Shown: in pieces, positions 1-10,010 of the stretch | Layout: every line of letters begins with the position of its first letter | Numbering within the stretch: the stretch's first letter is position 1 | Assembly (NCBI GenBank): GCA_943356375.1 | Contig: CALRET010000001.1 | Span: 1 to 48,437 of the forward strand | DNA length: 48,437 bases | DNA from: Candidatus Nomurabacteria bacterium | Lineage (GTDB): Bacteria; Patescibacteriota; Minisyncoccia; Phycocordibacterales; UBA9973 | Reading direction: 5' to 3' | Notes under the pieces: model-generated | What the model saw: only the letters and a program-made list of their open reading frames with translations | Told to the model about the DNA's origin: nothing | Database searches by the model: none | Program-made: the position numbers and the translations under genes

Positions 1-1
1 A

Positions 2-541
2 AAACAAGAAACAAGCGGTTCCCGAAACTGGTATGCTATCCATACATATGCGGGGTATGAAAACGCAGTGATGCGAAATCTAAAACAGCGTATCGAATCT
101 TTGGGTATGCATGACAAAATTTTTAATGTAATTGTCCCAACTGAAAAGAAGGTTAAAATCAAAGGAGGGAAACGTGTTGAAGCAGAAGAAAAAGTATTTC
201 CCGGATATATTTTGGTAGATATGATTGTTACCGATGATTCATGGTTTGTTGTGCGAAACACCCCCCGTGTTACTGGGTTCGTCGGTGCAGGAGTAAATCC
301 TGTCCCACTACTTCAAAGCGAAGTAGATTTTCTCTTCTCTAAGATGGATAATCAGACCGCTAAACACAACATTGATCTTATTATCGACGAAACAGTACTC
401 ATTACAGACGGTCCATTCCAAGGACACGAAGGTCGTGTGAGTGAAATCGATCACAATAGAGGGAAAGTCAAAATATTTGTTTCAATGTTCGGTCGCGAAA
501 CTCCAATGGAACTTGATTTCTTGCAGATAAAGAAGATCTAA
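2..541 (+). CDS. nusG: Transcription termination/antitermination factor NusG (5' end outside the window)
   Basis: Frame is open from position 2 (KQETSGSRNWYAIHTYAGYEN); FPGYILV, VRNTPRVTGFVG and KOW motif GPF...FGRETP; lies upstream of rplK. Confidence 0.97.
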   Translation, partial: KQETSGSRNWYAIHTYAGYENAVMRNLKQRIESLGMHDKIFNVIVPTEKKVKIKGGKRVEAEEKVFPGYILVDMIVTDDSWFVVRNTPRVTGFVGAGVNPVPLLQSEVDFLFSKMDNQTAKHNIDLIIDETVLITDGPFQGHEGRVSEIDHNRGKVKIFVSMFGRETPMELDFLQIKKI

Positions 542-649
542 TGTAATCGTTTGACCTTAGGTTGAAAATCTGTTAATGTACTCACGTTACGCTTTTGCTT
601 CAAACAGTAGTACTAATTTACTACTTTCTACTAACTACTTACTAAATAT

Positions 650-1075
650 ATGGCTAAAAAAATTATCAAGAAGGTAAAACTAAATGTGCCAGCAGGAAAA
701 GCTACTCCTGCACCACCACTTGGACCTGCACTCGGTCAAGCTGGTGTTAACATTGGAGATTTCGTTCAGAAATTCAATGCACAGACTCAGAGTATGATGG
801 GTGAGACTGTCGGTGTTGCGCTCACTGTCTACGAAGACCGAACATATGACTTTATTGTCAAAACTCCACCAGTAGCAGGACTTATATTCAAAGCTGCAGG
901 TGTTGAGAAAGGTTCAGGAAAACCAAATACCGCAAAAGTTGGAAGCATTACTAAAGCCCAACTTCAGGCGATTGCAGAAAAGAAAATGCCGGACCTTAAT
1001 GCGAATGATATCGAAGCAGCAATGAAAATTGTTGCAGGATCAGCAAGACAGGCAGGTATTGAAATCAAAGGATAA
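650..1075 (+). CDS. rplK: 50S ribosomal protein L11
   Basis: [21 protein letters not shown] and [22 protein letters not shown] signatures. Confidence 0.98.
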   Translation: MAKKIIKKVKLNVPAGKATPAPPLGPALGQAGVNIGDFVQKFNAQTQSMMGETVGVALTVYEDRTYDFIVKTPPVAGLIFKAAGVEKGSGKPNTAKVGSITKAQLQAIAEKKMPDLNANDIEAAMKIVAGSARQAGIEIKG

Positions 1076-1093
1076 TACATAATTATCAAAATG

Positions 1094-1118
1094 AAAACCC
1101 CTCGACTGAGGGGTTTTT
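1094..1118. terminator. Bidirectional intrinsic terminator between rplK and dcd
   Basis: AAAACCCCTC-GACT-GAGGGGTTTTT hairpin between convergent genes. Confidence 0.8.
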
Positions 1119-1157
1119 GTTTGTCCGAACAGTGTAAGTGTACACTGTTTTAGGATT

Positions 1158-2267
1158 TTACATCTTGAATTGTTTTCCAAGTCGTGGACCGTCTTGTACG
1201 GTGTAATTCGATGCGATCGTGTCGTAGATGATAGTAGGCGTCTTTGCCATTTTCTCATATGTTGATCGTGCAAATGGCTGGTTGTCTCTGATATACATAT
1301 CTTCAGAAGAAATAACCTCAAACACAATTGGTCTTCCTTGTACCTCGCCATGTTTTCCATACCCCCATCCTGGATCAACAAACCCGGCAAAATGGCTTCG
1401 AAATTCTCCCAATCGGTCATCCATAAAGACGATCTCCACTGCATAATCAGGTGGTACTACCATGTGCTCATGAGAACACATGATGTAAAACCTACCTTTT
1501 TTCATTAAATAGAGTTCGTCATTGGCATAAATCTCTTCCCAGAAATCATCTTTCGGATAGTGATTTATTTTTGCCACATCAATAACTTCTTTTGTTTGTT
1601 TTGCAACATATCCAAAAGGAGAAGCATTTTTCATGTCGATGGTTAGCATGACCGATGATGTCGCATCATGTGAATCCATGTTTTTGAAATTTATCTGACG
1701 CTTTTGTGTGTTGCTGATCGGTTCGTAGAGTATCCCTGTTTTTTGCATTAAAATCTCAAGCTCATCCGAATGTAATCTTGTATCTGTGTTGAGGATACGC
1801 AATTGATTCAGCGATGTTCCTGGATGCAGAAGCACATTAAATACTTTTGGCGAAACCAATGCCCACATTTCTCCACTCCATCCGGCTGGCCACAAACAAT
1901 CATATTTGGACACTCGATCTACTTGTAGTCGTGCGTGGATGCCTAGTCGCCCTGTTGATGATTTTGGGTTTGCCATACCGTAGATATTTCTTGGAAAATC
2001 AATCACCTCATTAATTTTTATGAGATATGTTTTTGATTTCAGAAACGGTTTGGTCAAACTGTGTTTTTTTGTATCAATCTTGCTCATATACGAACGTATT
2101 GTTTCTCCTGGAGGGGTTTGAAACGGTGCGCGTATTTCATAGCACTCTTCGGATAATGTGAGATCGAGTGACGATGGTTTAATATTTTCTGGGTTTAGAT
2201 TCTTAATAAATCCATTGTTTGCCAGTTCTCCTATATCAATATTGGAAAGAGCTCCAAATCCTTTCAT
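1158..2267 (-). CDS. dcd: dCTP deaminase, long two-domain type
   Basis: IKPSSLDLTL, ANPKSSTGRLG and HFAGFVDPGWG motifs. Start moved to the ATG at 2267 because the ORF-track extension runs through a heptamer repeat. Confidence 0.85.
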   Translation of the reverse strand: MKGFGALSNIDIGELANNGFIKNLNPENIKPSSLDLTLSEECYEIRAPFQTPPGETIRSYMSKIDTKKHSLTKPFLKSKTYLIKINEVIDFPRNIYGMANPKSSTGRLGIHARLQVDRVSKYDCLWPAGWSGEMWALVSPKVFNVLLHPGTSLNQLRILNTDTRLHSDELEILMQKTGILYEPISNTQKRQINFKNMDSHDATSSVMLTIDMKNASPFGYVAKQTKEVIDVAKINHYPKDDFWEEIYANDELYLMKKGRFYIMCSHEHMVVPPDYAVEIVFMDDRLGEFRSHFAGFVDPGWGYGKHGEVQGRPIVFEVISSEDMYIRDNQPFARSTYEKMAKTPTIIYDTIASNYTVQDGPRLGKQFKM

Positions 2268-2442
2268 AAACAAAATTATTTTTTCTACCGTAACACTACC
2301 ATATGGAGTAAGGAGTGTCAAAACTGAACAGATAGTAGTTGGTAGTGAGTAGTTTGTAGTAAAAATACAAATTATCAATATAATATAAGATTTTATTGAT
2401 AATTGTTGTAAACTATAGTCTTTTATCTATAACCTGACTATT

Positions 2443-2475
2443 AAAAAATAAAAAACCGGTCGCAATGACCGGTTT
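2443..2475 (-). terminator. Intrinsic terminator of thyX
   Basis: AAACCGGTC-GCAAT-GACCGGTTT hairpin with an A-tract on the left (T-tract on the minus strand). Confidence 0.7.
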
Positions 2476-2481
2476 GTAAAA

Positions 2482-3930
2482 CTACGATGTAGTTTTCTTT
2501 TCTGTAATATCCTGTGTTCCACGTTTTATACTGAAGGCATCAGGATTCATGTCAACATGTAGAGCTAACTGAAATCCATTTTCAGTAAACCATTCTTTGA
2601 GGTAGGTGGCCATTTGCTGTTCGGGAATTCTAAATGTCGGATGTACAGTCTGCTGTGTGCGCAGTTCGCATACATATACATACTCAGGAAGGCATCCTGT
2701 GGTTTCAGTTTGAACTGTGTATCCCATAGGAATATAGTTTTGCGCCTCTTCTCTTGATATAGAGAGTAACAGTTTATTTAGTTTCTCTTTAAATAGCCAT
2801 AAATGTTTCTCTGCTTCTTTTCGGAGGGATTCAGGTAACTGTTCCATATACCACGGAAAGAAACCGTGTTGCGTATGAAGTAATGGCATTTTAAGTACCC
2901 AAGGACGATGACGCTGCATATCACGGAACGATCCGAAGTCTATCGGAAAAGTGACTCTAATTTGCCCACATTCATTTACAAGAGAGGGAAGTAGAGAATG
3001 CTGGGGTCTGTGTTCAAGAGGACCACGATATTTTTCCAAATCGTTCACATCCAGAGTATTTTTAAGTACTGTGAACGGTTGATACGGCAAGTCAAAGTAA
3101 GTAAACTCTTTTGCGCATTTTGCATTATATGCAACCTGGTCATGATATTCTTTGTGTCCAAAACTATCAGGATATGTTTCTTTTAAAGCAACAAGGACCT
3201 GATCCGCAATCTCTGAAATCTCCGAAACAGGATGCATGCGCAAAATATCGAGACGATTTTTTGCGTGCTGTAAACTGGTTGTCCAAGAGAGGTATGTTGT
3301 AACACCGGCCGGTAAGAACCCACGAGCAATATCAAATGCTTTTGCTTTAATCCCTTTTTCATAATTCAGATCAAATTTTGCAATTTCATCTGGTTCCGTT
3401 TTATCACATTTTGGTTTTGGAAAACGAAGCTTAAGATCAGGAACAAGTTCAGCAAGTACTTTCTCGTAAAACGCCATGCTTTCCTTTTGCAAATCTTCTC
3501 CTCTTTGAGTTCCGGCAGGATTTTTAGTCGCCTGAAGAGACATATTGAGATAGCGAGTGCTTGATTCTTGTCCATCATACAAAGCTGAGTCTTGAAAAGC
3601 TTTTGCAACAAGCATTGAAACATTTTCGAGACAAATAGTAGTATACCCGCATTGACCGATAGAACCGTGTCCATAGCCAACATAAAATGTTCCCATTATT
3701 TGTTTTGTTCCGTCTTTGCGAAGTTTCTCAAAATGCTTGAGAACGCTTTTAGGATCACGAGAATACAGTGCCTGTATCATCGCATTATCTTCAGGATTTA
3801 ATCCATCGATAACAATTACTCTTCTGTCTTCCGATAAGTATTTTACGGCAAGATTTATTGATTTTTGTCTGTGTCCCGCAATCTCTTCTTTATTGATTAC
3901 GGGGATTTCTAATCCATTTTGGGTTGTCAT
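2482..3930 (-). CDS. thyX: FAD-dependent thymidylate synthase, duplicated Thy1-domain type
   Basis: ALYSR, GHGSI, QESSTRY and DIARGFLP in the first half; DFGSFRDMQRHR and ELRT in the second half. Confidence 0.85.
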   Translation of the reverse strand: MTTQNGLEIPVINKEEIAGHRQKSINLAVKYLSEDRRVIVIDGLNPEDNAMIQALYSRDPKSVLKHFEKLRKDGTKQIMGTFYVGYGHGSIGQCGYTTICLENVSMLVAKAFQDSALYDGQESSTRYLNMSLQATKNPAGTQRGEDLQKESMAFYEKVLAELVPDLKLRFPKPKCDKTEPDEIAKFDLNYEKGIKAKAFDIARGFLPAGVTTYLSWTTSLQHAKNRLDILRMHPVSEISEIADQVLVALKETYPDSFGHKEYHDQVAYNAKCAKEFTYFDLPYQPFTVLKNTLDVNDLEKYRGPLEHRPQHSLLPSLVNECGQIRVTFPIDFGSFRDMQRHRPWVLKMPLLHTQHGFFPWYMEQLPESLRKEAEKHLWLFKEKLNKLLLSISREEAQNYIPMGYTVQTETTGCLPEYVYVCELRTQQTVHPTFRIPEQQMATYLKEWFTENGFQLALHVDMNPDAFSIKRGTQDITEKKTTS

Positions 3931-3958
3931 GGTGCAAATTATTTTTTCGTCTGACTCT

Positions 3959-4019
3959 AATCTATACTTAAATAAGAATTTGTCAAAGCTTTGACAAGGT
4001 TATTTTTTTGTATTAATAT
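3959..4019. promoter_or_regulatory. Back-to-back sigma70 promoters for thyX and the nucleotidase
   Basis: Perfect palindrome TTGTCAAAGCTTTGACAA (3980-3997) gives TTGACA on both strands; candidate -10 boxes TAATAT (+, 17-bp spacer) and TAGATT (-, 16-bp spacer). Confidence 0.6.
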
Positions 4020-4047
4020 CCAATCAGATTAAAAAGTTTTTTTATGT

Positions 4048-4719
4048 ATGGAATATGAATATAAACCATTTCTTATTGGTATTGATATGGATATGGTTAG
4101 TGCTGATTATGAGACTCCGGGTGGTATTTTCTTACAGCTATGGGAAAAACGATTGCCTGGTGTTAAATATCTGGGATGTAAAGAATCTCCTCACTGGATG
4201 GTTGAAAAGAATTACCATCTATTTCATCAGCCGATCATTAATAAAATGTTTATGAAACCGCCAAAAGGGTTTTATCTCAGGCTTGAGCCAATGAAGGGTG
4301 CCATTGACGCAATCAAAGAACTTCAAAAAATAGCTGAAGTGGTCATGGTAACTACACCGGTATATGAGGCAGATGGGCACAATCTCAGTTTAAAGGAATT
4401 GGCAGAGCGCGATCAATTGTGGTCACGAGTTGTTACTGAAAAAAAAGAATGGCTTCGCAATTATTTAGGGAAAGACGCGCCACCACTCATACCACTTTCT
4501 GATAAAACTATGTTCCATGGTGATATATTGATTGATGATCGTCCGGGTAGTGGGGAAGCAAAACGGAGAAAACCATCATATATACATGTACTCTATGATG
4601 ATAATTATTTGTACAACAGAAACAGAAAGGTTAAACACAAGATGAATTGGGGAACATATACGAAAGTTATACCTCTAGTCTTGGAAGAAGTAGAAGAAAA
4701 ACGCAGAATAGCTGCATAA
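4048..4719 (+). CDS. 5'(3')-deoxyribonucleotidase (NT5C-like, HAD superfamily)
   Basis: IGIDMDMVSAD (DxD motif), GFYLRLEPMKGA, EKKEWL, DKTMFHGDILIDDRP. Confidence 0.85.
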   Translation: MEYEYKPFLIGIDMDMVSADYETPGGIFLQLWEKRLPGVKYLGCKESPHWMVEKNYHLFHQPIINKMFMKPPKGFYLRLEPMKGAIDAIKELQKIAEVVMVTTPVYEADGHNLSLKELAERDQLWSRVVTEKKEWLRNYLGKDAPPLIPLSDKTMFHGDILIDDRPGSGEAKRRKPSYIHVLYDDNYLYNRNRKVKHKMNWGTYTKVIPLVLEEVEEKRRIAA

Positions 4720-4801
4720 TACACAAAGCCGAGTAATCGGCTTTTTATATTGTATTTTCAGTTTTCTGTGTTAGTCTGTGCTCAGACGTTATTTATATTC
4801 T

Positions 4802-5848
4802 ATGATTCCAGTGCAGTGTAAGGCAAAGTGGGATACCACTACAAAAGGATTGTGTATTCCCAGTTCAGTACAGTACACAGAAGAACAAAAGAAGGATTTA
4901 GAATGTATTATTTCCAGCTACGCAAAAGAGTGTGGTATGTCTGAAGTGGAGGTTCTGGATGTCCTTCAGAGCGCTATAACGCAATCACATGAAATGTACC
5001 AATATCTCTCTATTGGGATACTGGTGAGCATGGGTCTATATCGGACCAAGTCACGAGCGATTGTAGCTTCGGTGTTTGCTAGAAGTGAAGATGGTGTCGT
5101 GGTCCGTTATCAAAAAACAAAAAGGATGTTATTCGTTAAACGGATTGGTCCGCGTAAATTTTTTGAACGAGTGCTTGACTATATACCTGACGGTAAAGCA
5201 CGTTGGGATAATGCTCATACTTACAAAGAGAAAAAGAGTATCAAGCAAAAGACTGCGCATCCTCAGATTGAAATCGTTAAGGTGGATACGCAAAAATTTG
5301 AAGAGTTGCGGTCTCGAGTGTATGTACAGTTAAAAACTTTTCCGGTACACCGTTCTTCTCAGATCATTCTTTCATCGATAGAATCTTTCTCGGGTATACA
5401 TAAGGAAAAATTGGTACTTGCCCAAGGGAAAAGGTCTAACGGTTCTCGTGTGAGGACTAAACGGGTGTATTCTGATTTGAGGAAAATATTTTTTTCAGCA
5501 ATGAAGGAAGTGTATGGAAATGAAATTTCATTAATTTTTCTTGCATCATTTTTTACACCCAAAGGAGAGATGCCAAATCATTCCAATGTACAACTCTCAA
5601 TCAAAGACCATAAATTCCTGATTGAAAACGACAAGTATTATATGGATACATTTTTTATTTTTCTTACCCACGTCTCATTTGTTTTGAATGCATACCTCTT
5701 GTATGAAGAAGAATTTGCACGTTTGGATAGCGATACTGTAGATCTTGAAAAGAGGAAGAAGGAAATATTCGATGGGATTATTTTGAGTGCGAGAAAAAAT
5801 CTCATACATGTACATACAGAAAATAAGAGAGAAGTAGTTATTGCTTAA
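4802..5848 (+). CDS. Hypothetical protein with DnaA C-terminal (domain IV)-like helical domains
   Basis: The segment IILSSIESFSGIHKEKL...RKIFFSAMKEVYGNEISLIFLASFF...NHSNVQLSIKDHKFLIEND resembles DnaA domain IV. Likely paralogue of the next gene; ATG at 4802 preferred. Confidence 0.55.
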   Translation: MIPVQCKAKWDTTTKGLCIPSSVQYTEEQKKDLECIISSYAKECGMSEVEVLDVLQSAITQSHEMYQYLSIGILVSMGLYRTKSRAIVASVFARSEDGVVVRYQKTKRMLFVKRIGPRKFFERVLDYIPDGKARWDNAHTYKEKKSIKQKTAHPQIEIVKVDTQKFEELRSRVYVQLKTFPVHRSSQIILSSIESFSGIHKEKLVLAQGKRSNGSRVRTKRVYSDLRKIFFSAMKEVYGNEISLIFLASFFTPKGEMPNHSNVQLSIKDHKFLIENDKYYMDTFFIFLTHVSFVLNAYLLYEEEFARLDSDTVDLEKRKKEIFDGIILSARKNLIHVHTENKREVVIA

Positions 5849-5927
5849 CATAACCCCTCCTGATACGGAGGGGTTTTCGTTTGCTAATATAATACTTTTA
5901 TTGTAGTCTAAAGAAAAAATTTGTTCC

Positions 5928-6779
5928 ATGACAAAGAAGAAAGAATCGATCACTGCTCGTCCAAAATGGAATGCGGAAAGGAAAGTCTTTATTATCCCAA
6001 AAAAATCCGGTTACACAAAAGAAGAATCCGAGGTGATTGGATACATAGGGGAGCTCTTGGTGTGTATGGCCGAAGATATGCATATTTCGGTAGAAAAAAT
6101 TCTTGCGCTCAGGGATTATCACAGTAATCCAAACCCAGATATTAGTGCTGCGCATCGATTCCTACTCAGGTTTATATATGAACATTTTCCAACTGCGATA
6201 CACTTGTTTCTCATTGTGTTATCAAAGACAGAAGAGAAAATGAAGCGATTTATTATTCATCAAAATCGATTCTTCTCTGACCCGACACACGAGATATCGT
6301 TTGATCGATATAACGGAATGTTTAAAAAACAGCATCCGGTTATCAGAAAAATTGTCTTTCCGAAACGCACCATTGCTATTCCTGAAGAGGTACAAGAATT
6401 CAAAATTCCTGAAGCGTTTAAAAAAGTGTCTCCAGTAGATCTCATTGAAATCATTTTTGAAACAGTGAAAGAAAAATTCAATATTGATCTTACGGTGTAT
6501 ACACTGGGCACTAAAGATAAATGCATCCCATACAATCTGTATGTATCGAGGAAAATAAGCATCGGTATCATCCTATTAACCTACGGAGAAAATTTTTCCT
6601 TCGTTGAGCTCCATAGACAGTTTGCTGGACGCTTGGAATATTCACAGATAAACAGCTCTATTGATCACTATAAAAATGAACATCACAAATGCATAATGGA
6701 AGATGCGGTATATAATATTTTATATGCGATTATCTATACTGCTATTCTCCAAAAAATAGAAGTCAAAAAAAGCCCTTGA
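5928..6779 (+). CDS. Hypothetical protein, paralogue of the upstream gene, DnaA-domain-IV-like
   Basis: Shares the N-terminal KWxxxxKxxxIP..YTxE pattern; C-terminal IFETVKEKFNIDL...RKISIGIILLTYGENFSFVELHRQF segment. Confidence 0.5.
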   Translation: MTKKKESITARPKWNAERKVFIIPKKSGYTKEESEVIGYIGELLVCMAEDMHISVEKILALRDYHSNPNPDISAAHRFLLRFIYEHFPTAIHLFLIVLSKTEEKMKRFIIHQNRFFSDPTHEISFDRYNGMFKKQHPVIRKIVFPKRTIAIPEEVQEFKIPEAFKKVSPVDLIEIIFETVKEKFNIDLTVYTLGTKDKCIPYNLYVSRKISIGIILLTYGENFSFVELHRQFAGRLEYSQINSSIDHYKNEHHKCIMEDAVYNILYAIIYTAILQKIEVKKSP

Positions 6780-6811
6780 TATAAGGGCTTTTTACATGCT
6801 ACTATGACGCT

Positions 6812-8521
6812 ATGATTACTGAAACTATACAGTCTGGAGTGACAAAGGCTTTGCAATCGCTCGGTCTCGAAGGCGATATCCGCCTTGAACATCCAGCAGA
6901 TCTCTCTCATGGAGATTATTCTACTAATGTCGCTTTTGTACTTGCAAAAAAAGAAGGTGAGAATCCTCGCGCGCTTGCAGAGAAAATCTGCGTAGAACTT
7001 AATAAAAATTTACCTCCTGAAATAGAAAAAATTGAAATCGCTGGTCCAGGATTTATTAATTTTTATTTATCAAAAATTTTTTTTATTGAACGTGTTAACT
7101 ATATTACAGCAAAACCAGATGAATGGGGGACAAACAAAATGCTTGCTGGTAAAAAAATAATGGTTGAATATACGGATCCAAATCCATTCAAACCATTTCA
7201 TATTGGGCATTTAATGACTAATACAATTGGTGAATCTATTGCACGTATTACTGAGGCAAATGGTGCAACAGTCGTTCGAGCAAACTATCAAGGTGATGTC
7301 GGACTTCATGTTGCAAAGGCGATATATGGCATGTTGAAAGAGGGTGGACCAGACGGAATGCTCCCGGCATCCCTACAAGCTGAGATTATCGGTACACGTT
7401 ATTCATGGGGTTCGAACGAATATGATACAAATGAAGAAACTAAAAAAGAAATCGATGCAATAAACAAAAAGATATACGAAAAAAGTGATAGTGAAATAAA
7501 TATTTTATATGAACACGGCAGAAAAGTTACCCTTGAGGCGTTTGAAGAGATATATAAATTATTGGGAACAAAATTCGTGCACTATTTCTTTGAATCAGAT
7601 ATGGCTGTCGTTGGGGCACAGATTGTAAAGGAGCATACAGGTCCTGTATTTGAAGAATCAGATGGTGCCATTGTCTTTTATGCTGAAAGATATAATCCAA
7701 AATTAAATCCGCGCGTGTTTATTACTGGCGCAGGACTCCCGACATATGAATGCAAAGAACTCGGTCTGACAAAAACAAAATTTGAAAAAGAAAATCCAGA
7801 TCTTTCCATAGTTATAACTGCAATAGAACAAGACAACTATATGAAAGTGGTTACCACTGCGCTCTCAGTTATTGCGCCAGATTGGGCATCTCGCATGAAG
7901 CACATTACACATGGAATGATGCGTTTGACCTCTGGTAAAATGTCTTCACGCAAAGGAAATATTATTACCGGCGAATCCATAATACGTGATTCAATTGCAT
8001 TAGTTGCAGAAAAAGTCGTAGAACGTGAAATGAGTGGAGATGATAAAAAGGCGATCGCACAGATTGTCGGTGTTGCTGCGCTCAAGTACTCAATTCTCAA
8101 ATCTTCAATCGGTTCGGATATCGTGTATGATCCAGAGAAATCAATTTCATTTGAAGGAGATTCGGGACCATATCTACAGTACACAGCAGTACGTGCACAG
8201 TCTATTATTGCAAAAGCGGGGAACAGTAAAATTATACAAGAAGTAGAACCGATAGAGGGTTATGTGATTACTAATTTAGAAAAAATAATATATGGATTTG
8301 AAGAAGTGGTTATCCATGCAAAAGAAGAATTCCAGCCACACCATATTACGACTTACTTAACAAAACTCGCGAGCGAATTTAACTCATTTTATGCAAATAC
8401 TAAAATTTTAGTTGATGATAATCCTTATAAAGACTATCATCTTGTACTAGTGAGTGCATTTTATATAACTATGAGAAATGGTCTTTATTTATTAGGTATT
8501 CAAACTCCGGAAAAAATGTAG
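6812..8521 (+). CDS. argS: Arginine--tRNA ligase
   Basis: HGDYSTNVA, GPGFINF, PNPFKPFHIGH, KMSSRKG, GPYLQYT. Confidence 0.98.
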   Translation: MITETIQSGVTKALQSLGLEGDIRLEHPADLSHGDYSTNVAFVLAKKEGENPRALAEKICVELNKNLPPEIEKIEIAGPGFINFYLSKIFFIERVNYITAKPDEWGTNKMLAGKKIMVEYTDPNPFKPFHIGHLMTNTIGESIARITEANGATVVRANYQGDVGLHVAKAIYGMLKEGGPDGMLPASLQAEIIGTRYSWGSNEYDTNEETKKEIDAINKKIYEKSDSEINILYEHGRKVTLEAFEEIYKLLGTKFVHYFFESDMAVVGAQIVKEHTGPVFEESDGAIVFYAERYNPKLNPRVFITGAGLPTYECKELGLTKTKFEKENPDLSIVITAIEQDNYMKVVTTALSVIAPDWASRMKHITHGMMRLTSGKMSSRKGNIITGESIIRDSIALVAEKVVEREMSGDDKKAIAQIVGVAALKYSILKSSIGSDIVYDPEKSISFEGDSGPYLQYTAVRAQSIIAKAGNSKIIQEVEPIEGYVITNLEKIIYGFEEVVIHAKEEFQPHHITTYLTKLASEFNSFYANTKILVDDNPYKDYHLVLVSAFYITMRNGLYLLGIQTPEKM

Positions 8522-8565
8522 AGACTAGGGTATAGCGGATAGCGTCTAGGAAATTCAAAAGAAAT

Positions 8566-8741
8566 AAAAAAATCCGGGACTAAGAAAGTCATCCCGGATA
8601 ATGGTCAAAGAGGGTAATCAATCCTCTTTTCTTTGTTTGGTCAACATAAAGAACTTAACTTAAACCTAAACCCGAAAAGGAGAAGTTCTTTTAGGTCTTA
8701 GACAATCAAATGTCTTTACCTATACCGCACAAGGAGCGACC
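8566..8741 (-). ncRNA. Putative orphan structured small RNA
   Basis: Minus-strand TTGACC-17-TATAGT promoter (8748-8776), several hairpins, intrinsic terminator at 8566-8599, no credible ORF. Confidence 0.45.
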
Positions 8742-8874
8742 AAAATAACTATATACCTCAATCTAAAATCGGTCAATTTTTTGCTAACAAAGCCGGAATA
8801 TGTCTTGATGAAATCCACTTGGACTTTCCGTAGTGAACAGGTACGATAGTGTCAGACCAAATAGTTTTTTACCA

Positions 8875-9978
8875 ATGGAAAAGCTTAAAATTTATGTTGG
8901 TTGCGCACTCAAACATGCATCCCTAGAATACAAACAGAGGATCGCTTTGTTTAAAGAACAGTTACCTAAACATCTCAATTGTGAAATTCTTGAATTTGTC
9001 ACTGAGTCAGATGCGACACCAAAAGAAGTTTACAATAATGATATTGGAGGATGTGTCAAAGAATGTCACCTGATGGTTGCCGATGTTACTCATCCATCAC
9101 TTGGTTTGGGGTATGAGACAGGAACGATAGTTGAGAAATATAAAAAACCAGTTTTGTTTTTAGCTGAGACCGGTTCATTGGTTTCGAAAGTGATTCTGGG
9201 TGTGCCAAATGCTGAAATTCATGATTATGAAAGCATTGATGAAATGATTTTGGCAGTGGTTGCGTTTGTTGAAAAACACAATATTCAAGCACCGACTCGT
9301 GGAAAGCTGATCGTCATCGAAGGTATTGATGGGTCAGGAAAAACAACACAGCAAGGACTTTTGATGGAACGACTCAAGAAAGAAGGGAAACGAGTTGAGT
9401 CACTTCATTTTCCACGTCACGGAGAAAAATTCTTTGGTGTCATGGTTGATGAATATCTGATGGGTAAGTTTGGACACGCATCTGCAGTCAATCCATATCT
9501 TGCATCAGTACTCTATGCGGGTGATCGGTGGGAGGCAAAGCCACAGATTGAGCAATGGTTGAATGATGGGGTGTATGTGGTTCTTGATCGCTACGATACT
9601 TCGAACAAAGGCCATCAAGTTGGAAAGTTAAAAACCGAGGAAGAAAAGCTTCAGTGTTTGAGATGGCTTGATGAATTGGAATACAAAACATTTAAAATTC
9701 CGGTTCCTGACAAGGTGTTATACCTTGATCTTCCACTTGAGAAGAATCTTGAACTCATTGCAAAGAGAGGAAGCAAGGGTAAGGAGTACAGCAAAGGAGG
9801 TGCTGACCAACATGAAAACAGAGAGCATTTATCAAACGCTCAGGCAGCGTATCGATTTGTCGTGAACCAGTATTCATACTGGCAGAAGATCTATTGCGCT
9901 CCGACCGGAGAACTTCGCACAGTTGAAGATATCCACGAGGAAATCTATGCAGCAGTTGCTGAAAAGGTATATGCCTAA
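8875..9978 (+). CDS. tmk: Fusion of a nucleoside 2-deoxyribosyltransferase/DNPH1(Rcl)-like domain and thymidylate kinase
   Basis: N-terminal KIYVG...VYNND...VADVTHPSLGLGYE; C-terminal IVIEGIDGSGKTTQ, LYAGDR, VLDRY. ATG at 8875 preferred. Confidence 0.85.
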   Translation: MEKLKIYVGCALKHASLEYKQRIALFKEQLPKHLNCEILEFVTESDATPKEVYNNDIGGCVKECHLMVADVTHPSLGLGYETGTIVEKYKKPVLFLAETGSLVSKVILGVPNAEIHDYESIDEMILAVVAFVEKHNIQAPTRGKLIVIEGIDGSGKTTQQGLLMERLKKEGKRVESLHFPRHGEKFFGVMVDEYLMGKFGHASAVNPYLASVLYAGDRWEAKPQIEQWLNDGVYVVLDRYDTSNKGHQVGKLKTEEEKLQCLRWLDELEYKTFKIPVPDKVLYLDLPLEKNLELIAKRGSKGKEYSKGGADQHENREHLSNAQAAYRFVVNQYSYWQKIYCAPTGELRTVEDIHEEIYAAVAEKVYA

Positions 9979-9982
9979 AACA

Positions 9983-10007
9983 AAACCCGCACATGTGCGG
10001 GTTTTTT
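9983..10007. terminator. Bidirectional intrinsic terminator
   Basis: AAAACCCGCACATGTGCGGGTTTTT between convergent genes. Confidence 0.75.
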
Positions 10008-10010
10008 AAT

